Below, one piece after another: positions 52,832 through 64,000 of a DNA stretch of 64,000 nucleotides. Each line of letters begins with the position of its first letter. Positions within the stretch are counted from its first letter, which is position 1. The DNA is from Ptychomitrium polyphyllum. Its lineage: Eukaryota. A program made the translations under genes and the position numbers. The DNA is taken from positions 5,580,001 to 5,644,000 of the forward strand of contig OZ316776.1 of NCBI GenBank assembly GCA_973851085.1, given 5' to 3'. The notes under the pieces were generated by a model that searched no databases, was not told where the DNA came from, and was given only the letters and a program-made list of their open reading frames with translations.

Positions 52832-54385
52832 ATGGGGTCTGTTGAGGAATGGGCGAAGAACCAAGGATACATTGGAGTTATGAATGTGGGAGTGGGTTTG
52901 GAAGACAAGACAATGCACTTGCTTCCGTTCGGCACCAATTACACTGGCCCCGCTGCTGTGGACGATTACTTCAAGATCAAGGCAGCTGGTCAGTTATGTT
53001 TGTGATCTCTTTTTTCAACTCAACATTTTCTTACCTGGATTCTGTTTCCCCAGAATTGCTAATCCACTTTACATTGTGATATACTTTCGCTGATAAACTA
53101 GGGTTTAAGCTTTTGGTGTTTCCCGCCCGAACTACGCAAAGCAAACCTGGGTTTTATTTACGATTATGTTGGCGTCCATTGCTCATTGTTTAATTTCATA
53201 TCGTTCTAGAAGTGTAAACATACCCAACGACAACTTACGCTGGTGCAGGTACTAATGAGGACGGCATTGTCATGAAGGAGGCCGCGTTTAGAGGGAGGAA
53301 ACTGATGGGTTCCACGCTTTTGCTTCCCGATGGCTTTTGTGGTAACCTTCTCACTCTTATGGCCCCCCGAAGATTTTCTTTGATTATGAGAGCCCTGCTT
53401 TGCTTCGTGAGTGTTAGTTCTAATATAAACACAGTATTGGCACAGTAGGATGTACGATAATTTGGTTCATAGATTTGATTCATCGCTTTTTCCTGTTGTG
53501 TGGTGAATGGTGTGCTCTTGAGAGTTGGTTTATGGTCTAGGGTTTAGGGTTTTGGCACAGTATCTTTGTGAGGATATTCCTGTATTTTAGTATCGTCATT
53601 GTGTCTTTTACAGTGCACACATCTTGATGTATGACAGGGTTTGTTTTGAAGAAGGATGTTGGATTAAATCCTGAGAATAGGAAAGCTAAAGTGAAGTCAT
53701 CGGACAAGGGAGCCTTTGATGTGTGGGAAGCAGATTCTAAGTTCAGGGGATTCACATATTGGAACCACGACACATTGCCCTCAAAGGCAGATCATATTCG
53801 CTCCGTGATGGAGTGGCTTCCTGTGTCTGCAGCTGTAAGCTTCCTCTTGAAATCAAGTTATTGTTTTTTCTCTTGTTACGAAGTGATTATTTTCATATGC
53901 TTCTTGGACACAAAGGTACAGGACTTAAGCCATCGTCTTCTCCAGGCACAATATTGGTGTTAGGAGTTAGGAACATTATAACTGATCGACATTGCTCTTA
54001 ACATGCAGCTGCATGATGAAGTCACGGCAGACGAGGTGGCAGCCATGGCCGAGAAAATGAACATACAATCAGGTTTGCACTAAAGCATGTTTCACATTGT
54101 AATCGAAAGGAAATACACTCGGCTTTATATTTGTTACTCGCAATAGTATTGCATGTGTTTGTAGAGTAGAGCATTTGTGGCAGGATACACATTTTGCAGG
54201 TAAAGTATTGGCTAGGGGCAGCTGCAGCGTCATATTTGTAACTTGGTCATAGGTAATTTCTGTGAAGTATGACTCAGGTAACTGTTAAGACACTTTATAT
54301 TCATATGGTTGTATATTTGTTTCTTCCCGGTGCAGGTCCAACATTGTCAACAGGACCATTTTCAGGATCAAAGAGGAAGTTGTAG
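52832..54385 (+). CDS. RNASEH2C: Ribonuclease H2 subunit C, 186 aa, 5 exons
   Basis: Exons 52832-52988, 53249-53341, 53638-53834, 54009-54072 and 54336-54385, all GT-AG and in frame. Family motifs HLLP...GPAAVDDYF, EAAFRGRKLMG...LPDGFCGFVL, FTYWNHDTLPS, MEWLPVSAALH. The last exon is less certain: unspliced read-through would end ...QSGLH* at 54083. Confidence 0.9.
53099..53126 (+). promoter_or_regulatory. Telo-box (TAGGGTTT) next to a canonical E2F site (TTTCCCGC) in RNASEH2C intron 1
   Basis: Exact motif matches at 53099-53106 and 53119-53126. Another TAGGGTTTAGGGTTT lies at 53538-53552. Confidence 0.45.
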
Positions 54386-55624
54386 GAGCAGACATATGCT
54401 TCGAAATTGTTTCGACATTCTCCAGAAATACCGTATTGATTATTAAAACAGAATAGCACTTTCTGTTCTTGGTAGCATAGCCAAAGGGGGACTTAACTGT
54501 TGCTGTCTTTCTAATAAATCATGATAAGTTAGCAAGTAGTTGATGTTAGAGCTTGAATTTTACTCCATACTGTATTCAGTTTTGTTGTAAATATCCCATT
54601 GTTCGACTTCCACAAATGGTAAGTGGACCTTTTGGAAAAATTAGGAAATTTCTAGGTGATATTGCCCTATAACACTAGCAATTTGGGTGTACTTTTGGTA
54701 CTTGTGCAAGTAGCATACCAATGTCGTTGCACAATGTGCACACATCCAAGTTGTATTTAGTATCATTTGTTCCACGATTTGTCTCTATGCAGTGAACATT
54801 TAGCCTGGTGGTCCAACTTGTAGAGACAGACAATTATATGTGCAACTTGTCTATATCTAAGCATGGGATTATCGAAGAGGCACGACTTTCATGTCCGCTT
54901 GTCCACTTGCATCCTGCCCACTTCACGAACCAATTGCATCCCGTCTGCACAAATCTTCCCTCAACGTCAATGAACGGAACCACGCTTTTTTATTTTTTTG
55001 TTTGTATGGGTTGACCACAGTCTAGGGCACCGCATTACATTGCTCAAGGTTACAACCACTCGCAACCACACAAGGCGTACGCGCCTACATGCCATTTGCA
55101 AAAGTAGAATGCTAAACCCTACCCATGTTCTACTGCGGTGTCAAGATACGTGGTGCAGGGGGCATGATAATTTCCTCTGAATTCCCAGCCTTGCGATTAC
55201 GTGAATTAAGATAGAAATAGATAAACAGTAGCTTCACACCATGTGTAGGTATGTGAAGACGAGGAACTCAACCATACAAACCAAAGGTAGAACGTAGAGA
55301 CAAAGGAGCAGAAGCTGATGAAAAACTGTCCTTGAATTCCCATTGACGTTGAAAGCTGCAGGAGAAAAATAACGGACTTGAAATCAGAATACACAAATCA
55401 TATTCGATAATTTGAAATCCTTCAACTAAAACGCTACCGTGCATCCTCTTCGAACGGGCTATTCTCCTCTCCACATCTCCATCTCCACACCAATGAATGA
55501 CAAGAGTAACGACAGCGTTTAAGTGGTTGCCGCCACGTGGATAGTCCATATACCCGCACTACTAGTCCTTCCCATATGTAGCAGTATGGTCCTCGAGGTA
55601 AAAAGCAGGACACAGATCTGCCGC

Positions 55625-57420
55625 TTATGATGCTTTAAGGTCATCCATATCAACAGATTTCTGCAGACATCCACATCCAATTATGAGTATCATCAAGATA
55701 ACAATTGAGCTTTGTGACAAAAATGCACACACATTTACCATGAATTTCAATAGAACTCACCAAGAATTTGTGATTTTCCTCCAAAATAGGGGAGAACTCA
55801 GTAACAAATCGTTCCATGTCCACAGTGGAGTTGCCAAGTGCCAAAGTCTCGTAGAACTTGGTCCTCTCAGGTACTAGCTTCATGGCCACCTGCCAGATAA
55901 CTCCACACAAGCTTAGAATATAATAGTAAACCTTGAGGCATCAAACGTTTTCCATATGATGCAATTGTGATTATTCTCATATCACAAATTTATAGCCGAT
56001 ACAGCAAAAGAACTCATCATGTGTTTTTCTCAGTGTACCGTAAATGCAGCACTTGCAATCCACCCATGATATTTCTTCAAAGTTGATGTGTAAGCCGCAG
56101 TAGCACACTGGGACATCGACCAGTCGTCATGCGCGTTCAAGTTACGGAAGAGCTCCACCAAGAAATCCATTGCTCTGCGTTTTGATCACTCACGTACTTG
56201 ACATGAGACACCGTTTGCACTCGAAGAACGTTTTAGAAACAAAAACGAAAAACTTGTAAAACACAATCTCAGAGCCTGATGGCGCTGTAGTAGAGTCTGA
56301 ATTCAACGAAATGCACTCAACATCAATATAATGCTGGTGATTTGTTTACCGCACATAATTTACGTTCAACTTATCACGACAAACTTCAAAGCATCGAGTT
56401 GCACAAATTTACTGTTATTGAACTACTTCGCATGAAAGAGTAGCTCATATCAGCCAATTTACTACACACCTCTCCAGATTGAATGAAACGGCATCTTCGA
56501 TTTCCTTGTTGATTTTCTAAAATGAGACTACGTGACTGGAATAAAACGATTGCTTAAACCCATTACAACTGCACTGTCATTCACACGAGTAAAGGACATT
56601 CACTGGAGCAACTCGCAATGTCAATAGTATCGTCTCCCCAAACAAACACAAAACAAGTCAGTAGTAAACGTGCACACTCGAGCTGAAATTCCGCAATACT
56701 CAGGACTCGTGATTTGAATGTTGAAAACTGAAGGATAAAGTGATTGAAATCTTACCTGGTCAACCACAGCATCCCATTGGTGCAGCTTGATGAACCTTTG
56801 GCAGTCTTGTTTGCAACTTCAGCACGAACAATGTCGTACAGCAAAGTGTTTGCAGTTGGATCACTCTCGTACTTGGTATCCAGTCTCTGTACGGGAAAAA
56901 TAACAAACACAAATTGAGCACAAAGACCAATTACATATACTCAGCTCGACAGCTACAGCATCACGCCAAAAGGTGCAATTCACCAAGAACTACAAAGATC
57001 TCAGAAGGATTTTCTCGCTGAGAACTAAAATTGACGGGGCAAGACTACACCGAAATGTTGCCGCCAACATCAGATTTCACCAACGCCATCGAGCTTCCAA
57101 ACTTATCTGCAAAGCCATCCCGTTGTCAGATCTCACTCCACAGATCTACTCACCCAGATCAAGAGTCGTGAACAGAGCATTTTAAACCCCGAGATCCAAA
57201 TCGAACCATACAAGATTCCCATATCAAGCAACCAAAACAGAGCCTAAATCAAGAACGGCAAAGAGGCGAAAACTCATAATAAAAAACCAAACCCACCGAT
57301 AACGGGAAGCACGTTCCGGCAGACGTCGAGGAAGGGCTTGGTGAGCATCTCCCCGTCCGGCGACTTGACGCTCGTCATCAACCCCAACGCAGGCCCGAAA
57401 ACGGTTGTGGATTCCGCCAT
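55625..57420 (-). CDS. GLTP: Glycolipid transfer protein, 203 aa, 6 exons
   Basis: Exons 57420-57297, 57106-57051, 56886-56756, 56174-56039, 55889-55761 and 55660-55625, all GT-AG and in frame. GLTP motifs LTKPFLDVC..VLPVIDKFG..MALVKSDVGGNISRL, SCTNGMLWLTRAMDFLVELF, TLKKYHGWIASAAF, and C-terminal DDLKAS. Confidence 0.95.
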
Positions 57421-57691
57421 GTCCAGATCTGTGAATCTCCGCTCAACCGATGCACACAAATCTCTTTAGGATTCAAGGCTTCTGAAACCGAGCTCTGTGT
57501 AGGTAGCGAGAAAGTAGATGAGCGCAAGCTACTAGCGAGGAAGTGACGATGTCTGGTGTGAAGTAATCGGAAGTGCAGTAATCCATGTGTGCTCCTGCTT
57601 CCCCTCGCATCCCTCGCCAACCCTAATCCACCATCCTTGCTCCCTCTTGTGCCCCTGGCATGGCCTCCTGCCATGGCATCCCGACAGCGCC

Positions 57692-57714
57692 GGACGGACG
57701 GACGGACGGACGGA
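57692..57714. repeat. (GGAC)n microsatellite upstream of GLTP
   Basis: GGACGGACGGACGGACGGACGGA. Confidence 0.85.
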
Positions 57715-57958
57715 GGTGCATTCGCGTAGTGGAAGCCTGTTCAGCAGGGAGAAGTATGTACTGTAGTCACATATTGCAGTACATACGGTAGTCACATACA
57801 TACTGGTATTTTCAGTCGTACCAAGAACGCACTAAGGCAAAGGTATGGAAGCCCGAATTGAAGCGGATAGTTACATGGGCGGATAGTCTCTCTTACTCTT
57901 ATTCTGTGCAAGAGGGACTTATTTCAACTGCAATGCAATGCTGTGGACGGAGAGGAAT

Positions 57959-58129
57959 CAAGGTTGGGCTAGTTGGGGTCCGTGGAAGAGCATTTGATTT
58001 TAGCAATGGAGAAGCAAGGTTGGGCTAGTTGGGGTCCGTGGAAGAGCATTTGATTTTAGCAATGGAGAAGCAAGGTTGGGCTAGTTGGGGTCCGTGGAAG
58101 AGTATTTGATTTTAGCAATGGAGAAGCAA
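57959..58129. repeat. 56-bp tandem triplication in the GLTP upstream region
   Basis: Units start at 57959, 58015 and 58071, with one C>T difference in unit 3. Each unit contains TGGGCT (site II). Confidence 0.95.
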
Positions 58130-59859
58130 AAGCGAAATGGTATACAGAAAACAAGTATGGCTGCTATCACAAGATGTGATAGCGTGTAATGCAAGTTTTG
58201 TTTAATTTTATTATAAAAATAAATGAAATATAAATATAAATTTACAAGTGCAGACAAACAGACAAATAGATAAATATTTAGAGGCTACAAAGTTTCTTAT
58301 TGTATTATATATAGAAACCTAAAAATGGAAGAATGGTTTTGGAAATATGGAAGGGTTTGCACTGTTATTAAGTCAATTCAACATATATTGGTCACTTGGT
58401 TTTCTTAAACTAGTTGATTTTTAGGTTCATTGTGATTATTCAATATGTTTTTAAATTTTTTTAGGAAGAACTTGATAGATTAATATGAGTTTTTTAAATT
58501 TTATTGAAATTTGTAAGAAATATTTACAAGACAATTTATATTACTATTGCAACATAGTTTCATATAAATAAGGCTAAAAGCCACTCAAAAGGCTATTACA
58601 TTAAAAAGAACATTTAAAAAGATTCATTCTAAGAGCGGTCAAATGTATTTAATATATGTCTATTTAGAATCACTAATAGATTTTAAAAGTCTCTATAATT
58701 AACATTCATTTAAAAGTTCCGCTTTTAAATCACCTTCCAAATAATTAAGGATTTTTATAATGTTCTAAAGGAGACTTTTTTCTTGTCTTCTTATTTGTAT
58801 AGAAGACTTCTAAAACCTAAACCACTTTAAATTGCCTCTATACTATTTAAAAAACCTCATTCTTTTCTTGCTTCTAATTTCTTTAAACATTAATCTTTTA
58901 AGGACCACACAAATTATTTCAAATAAGCAATGTTAGTCAAGTCTTAGTTCAATACAAACTATGTAGTGAAACCATAATGATTGTGACTTAATGTGATGTT
59001 CTCTTCTATAACCAATTTTCTTTAAATGTTACTTCTTTAAACATTATAATGCCATAATTATTATTTTTTTGGCGCTCTCAAAAAAATACACTTACAAATG
59101 TTATAAGTTAAATGTTACCTAATTTTTAAAAAATTATGTTTTTTATTTTGAAATTCACTCTTGATGAATGTTATTTTGTTATTACTATTAGTATATGATA
59201 TTTCTATTAATATAGATTATGTACAAATAATAATTTATATATGCACTTATATGAAAATGAGTAAATTTATGAATAAGATTTAGGATTTTCTATGTAACTT
59301 CCTTTTGTTATTATAAATTACATTAAAGAATCATCAATGCTCTTTCTTGTTTAAATGGTATAAATAAACAATACACCTCAAAACAAGAAAGATGAAGTGA
59401 CATAGTTGGTGCAACCACCTATATAAATTGAATTTTCAGTAATTAATGCATTTTGTCTTCTATATACTTGTCTTAAACAAAATTCTATAGCAATTGATCA
59501 TTGTAGTTTCAAGTTAAAATTTGGTGAAAACAATTTAGCAAAACTTCAAATTTAGTGCATTTACCAAACCATAATTGATAAGTATTTTCTAGTACTATAG
59601 TCACTAATGTAGAATTTTTTTCAATTGTTATGTTATTCCATATATATCTCTCATTATTGATAATTGTTGTTTTTTGCAACTTTCATCTTTGATTAATGTT
59701 GTCTATGTAAACATGGTCTAAAAAAAATTGAACTTCTTTACTTATTATATATTATACTTCTTTAAATGTTTTTTTTTTTTTTTTTTTGAACGCTTAAAAT
59801 TTAAGAAGAGTTCATTGAATAATAATACGGCTACCATTTATATCTTCAATTGCTAAGTA

Positions 59860-60190
59860 ATGTTAGGTTTAAGCTCTTGAATCTTATATGCTTATGCTCA
59901 ACGCTTTTATGCCACTATTGATTAAGCATAAACCTTGTGATACTTTGAATGCATCAATCATACAATTCACATAAGTGCAATAAATATTTATACCAATTTT
60001 ATGGCATGAATCATTTATAAATATTTCAAGTAGTTTTACAATCCACTTATACAATTAAGTCTTATAAAACTTTCCAATCCAATTTTAAACATCTTCTATA
60101 TCTTGTGTAAGCATCAACTTGCTCATTCATTCAATTTTCATAAAGCCTTGCCTAAATTTTATCAAGGATTCCAATTCTTCGTTTTTATAT
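59860..60190 (-). mobile_element. Possible decayed Mutator-like transposase fragment
   Basis: Minus-strand NSGIKAL resembles the MULE TN.GIE..H motif; otherwise too degraded to judge. Confidence 0.2.
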
Positions 60191-60949
60191 TTGATATGAA
60201 TTATTTAGTTTATTTAAAAGATATAAGTTCTTCAATAAACTTATTTTGACATTATTTCATTTGTTTATTGGCATTACAAGCATTATTAGTTTTTTTAAAA
60301 TATTGATTGTTTTATTATTTAAAAATTTGTAAAGAACATACATTCCATTTAATTCTTAAAAATCAAAATTTGTGTCTTTTTCATAATAAAGTTTCAACTT
60401 TACTTAATTTCAATAATATGTTATAATACCAACCAATACAACACGAATATAAGTAATGCAATTTCTAAATTTTACATTAAGACATTTTTTGAACAAAACT
60501 TAATTGCTACTTTTACATTTATGAGATTGTTGTTGAACAAATCATTTTAAAAAAAGATTATTAAGTTTTAGCAACACTAAGATAAAATTACAACCAAATT
60601 TATTTACCAAAGAAAAATTATTCTTTTAAATGAAAGTATAAAGCATTGGACATCTTTTTTGTTAAAATTCATTGAAAGAGAATCCATGCAATAATTTTTT
60701 ATTTGAATGATATTTGTAATATAGAATATTGAAGAAGTCATATATTTGATGCAACATTTATGGTTTTATATTTGTTTTGTTTTTTCTGAAAAAAAAATTA
60801 TACATTCATTGATTAAATATTTTTGAATCTTTGAAGTACAAAATATAATATTTAAGAGTGTACCTTAAACACATCCATATCAAGTACTTAAATTTAATTT
60901 TCTATAAATAGAATGAAACATTCAAATTTTATTTTGAATAGAAGTATGA

Positions 60950-61342
60950 ATTAAAATTATAAGAAATATAAAAATAGATAAGAAATGGTTTTAAATATTA
61001 ATCATTAAAAGACTATTGAACTATAAGAATTAATGCAAGAATTATAAAATTATAAAATATTATAAATAAGGCTTTAAAATTATATTGGCAAAATTAAGGT
61101 ATACCTCATTTTTCTTCTTATTTATATTGCATAATCTATGCTTTTCAAAAAACTTCATAGATCCTAAAAACTTTTTATAATGTTATATAAAGTTTTTAAG
61201 ATCTATAGAATCTTCTCAAGAAGTTATCAAGGATGGTGGAAGGTTACTATAATTATTCAAAGCTACTTAAAGGTTCTTGAAAGTTATCAAAAGCTATAAA
61301 AAAATTCTTAAATATAATATTGTGTGATGCATGTTTTTTATT
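60950..61342 (-). mobile_element. Heavily decayed fourth copy of the solo-LTR family
   Basis: TAAGAATTAATGC...TTATATTGGCAAAATTAAGGTATACC...TATTTATA...ATCTATAGAATCTTCTCAAGAAGTT...GGTGGAAGG is collinear with 20453-20836. Ends are approximate. Confidence 0.65.
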
Positions 61343-62715
61343 ATTCATTTCTTGTTAAAAAAAAAGAAAAACAACAACAATTTGGAAGAAGTTATTATAA
61401 GTGAAAGCTTCTAGAGGTTGTCTCTTTAAAAAAACAAATATGGCAGTTATTACATCTTTAATGTGCTGGCATTCAATGCAAGTTTTTATATAATTGTACA
61501 AATAAAAAAGATTAAAAAAAAAGGAAAATAATAATAATGAATTAATAAATAATGAAATTAAAAGTAAAAAGTATAAAGCATAGACGAAAAATAATAAATA
61601 GGAAATAATAAGATTTATTTTAAAAAGTTAAAAAGTTAATAAAAAATGAATTTAATAGTTAAAGAAATAAAAATAAAAATAAGTTTATGAATGGAGATAG
61701 ATGGGCAAATAGAAACACATGACTGGACTATAAAGTTACTTTTTGCACTTTGTAAAAAAACAAAAAGAAAATTTAATTTCCAAAGAAAATTGGCTTGAAT
61801 AAATATATGTTCATTCTACTTTTAAGTCTGTATTCTTCAAACATAAGACGTTGATGTTAAATTATTCATTTTTATAAGGAATTAGACATAAATTGACATA
61901 AATAATATTACTTGATAAACTCTAACAAGTAATCAAAGTGCCAAAGCACCTAATAATATGTTTATGTTGTATTTTATTAGAATATGGATGTTATATTTTG
62001 TAGAGAGTGAATGCTAAGTTATAAGCTTAATTGTTGATTAGGTGAATAAATTATGTTGGTATTACAATGTGAATAGTTTGATAAGCAAGAAAGATGTACC
62101 AATTGATAGGCATATTTGAATTATTGTGATATAATGCTTACAAGCTATCATTAATAAATAATATTTTATATTGCTAAAAGCTTTTTATTACAAGATTTGG
62201 AGATTATGTTGGGATTGATTATTCTTAAGTCTTTTTTTAATCAAAAATATGAACATAGCATTTTATATAACAATTATGTTAACATTTCTCAAGGTATTTC
62301 AAGGTATTTTTGATGAATATGTGAAAATATTAAATTTGTTTTTGAAGATTGCCATTGATGCCACACCTATATTTCATCCTTAGGATTGATATCGGATACC
62401 GATTGTTATCAGAAGGATTTCTGTACGTATTTGCAAACATGTATTACATGACAATACTACATGCAAGAAACGCATATCCAGAACCGTCACTATACGCAAG
62501 ACCCCCATCATCTAGAGGCTGCATACATTTAGCAGCCTGGCTCTACAAGAGGCATTGATAGTGTCAGATTTGGGAGCCGAGGCATGCGCCAGGCAGGGAC
62601 GAGAGGGGTGCGGAGGTGGCGGTCGCCTTTGATTGCCATCCACACACCACCTACGCCGGGATGTGAAGCTGACGCTCGCCGCGACACCACCATCGCCACC
62701 GCCACCGCCACCGCC

Positions 62716-63830
62716 ATGGCATCGTCCAAGCCCAAGCTCGCCCAAAAGGACCCCGCCCCCCACCAGGTAGATGTCTTTCTCCTCTCATCGCTTTATGTGC
62801 TGGACGCAGTCATTCATGTGTTTGACAATCGCGTAACTTGGTCGAACACAATGGCGTTTGTTTGCGTTCCAGTTTTCAAGTTTTAGGATTTAGGGTTTAG
62901 GATTAGGGTTTAGGTGCCAAGGACTCAGCCACTCAGGTACTTACGTTTCTCTCTCTTTGCCATCAATTCATGCGGCACATGATTATTCATGTTGTTGGAC
63001 AATCATGTTAGTCGAACACCGTGTCGATTTGTTGCGTTCCAGTTTTGGGGTTAGGGTTTAGGCTTTTAGTGCTGGGTTTGATTCTCACTTCGGTTGTATT
63101 CGGTTATGGGCTTTGGTCGCAGAGGCGAGACGCCAGCGTTGGGAGAGAAGCGGTGGATTCTGGAGTAGGGGCCTCGGGTGCGGCGGTCGTTGATTTGAAC
63201 GATCCTGACTTGCTGTTGTCTTCTGTGCTGCCGTTCAAGAAGACGCAGCTCACTGATCGGTATCCTAAAGGGCAGACAAGGGGGCGGCATTGGAAGCATC
63301 TCAAGCAGATTATTCAGGCGGAGAATTATTTTTCCTATCCTGCAGATGAGCCTACCTGTACGTGCCGAATTGGTCTCTTTTTAGGGGTGATACCGTAATT
63401 TGGATAAAGTGGGGTCTTTCTTTTTGGGATTAGGGTTGGTTCTGGGATGATGATAATTGCAATTTGAGTAAGATGATGAATTTCTGGTGGTCTTGATGTG
63501 AAGATGTGAGTATTGAATCTCCACCTTCTATGTACCCCCCCAAAAAGTACTGCGACATCACTGGTTTTGAGGTGAGTTCTCATTCCGGCAATGTCTACTG
63601 CTTAATGGAACCGTGTTTTAGTTTGAATGCATTGTCGAATGGAGGTGGTCTTTTGCTTCATATTTATGGAGGTGTACGTGGCGGTTGCTTTGATGCAGGC
63701 ACCTTATACAGACCCAAGGACAAAGCTACGCTATGCCAATGCTGAGGTGTTCAAGTTGGTTAGATCTTTACCGGAAGATCGCATTCAAGGCTATCTTGGC
63801 CTTCGAAATGCAGCTGTGGTGCTGAAGTGA
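62716..63830 (+). CDS. IES6: INO80 chromatin-remodelling complex subunit C (Ies6/EEN homologue, YL1 C-terminal domain), 161 aa (171 aa with the optional mini-exon)
   Basis: Exons 62716-62766, 63123-63357, 63504-63571 and 63699-63830, GT-AG and in frame. Motifs [62 protein letters not shown]. Confidence 0.93.
62882..62914 (+). repeat. Interstitial degenerate plant telomeric repeats (TTTAGGG-like) in IES6 intron 1
   Basis: TTTAGGATTTAGGGTTTAGGATTAGGGTTTAGG, with a second shorter tract at about 63043-63062. Confidence 0.85.
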
Positions 63831-64000
63831 GGGATTGAAAGTCGTTCTTGAATTCAGCTACATTGGTTGGATCCTTCTATTCATAATTTGTGGAACTGAT
63901 TGGTTGAGGTAGATAAGTGGCTATAACCATTTAAAGAAGAACGGAGTGTTGTCTCACAGCGTATCTATTTTGCCAAGACAGTTCCAGATTTGTGGCTGTG

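Noticed and set aside
52849..53093. ORF-track frames 52849 and 52884 as the first RNASEH2C exon
   Set aside because: The conserved HLLP...DYF motif lies in the third frame, starting at ATG 52832.

Overview
Eukaryotic plant DNA, most likely a moss or other bryophyte. This is inferred from the spliceosomal GT-AG genes, TTTAGGG telo-box tracts in introns, and TE debris stripped of methylatable cytosines. Bases 1-1.4 kb look like the long 5' leader of a minus-strand gene that runs off the left edge. About 1.4-47.8 kb is gene-poor: heavily decayed transposon remnants (LINE-like, hAT-like, Gypsy-like) alternate with short, less AT-rich islands. This block holds a 596-bp exact direct duplication, a 432-bp near-perfect inverted duplication, an older fold-back element and three TSD-flanked solo LTRs of one family, two of them nested in an older LTR element. 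From 47.8 kb there are four intact genes: a TPR protein (+), RNase H2 subunit C (+), a glycolipid transfer protein (-) and, after another AT-rich block, INO80 subunit C/IES6 (+). I found no convincing new multi-gene system. The most interesting signals are the young templated duplications, a duplicated mini-exon in IES6 whose acceptors come from telomeric repeats, variable palindromic arrays in the solo LTRs, and a CpG-retaining, apparently spliced non-coding island at 21-23.7 kb. All alignments were done by eye.
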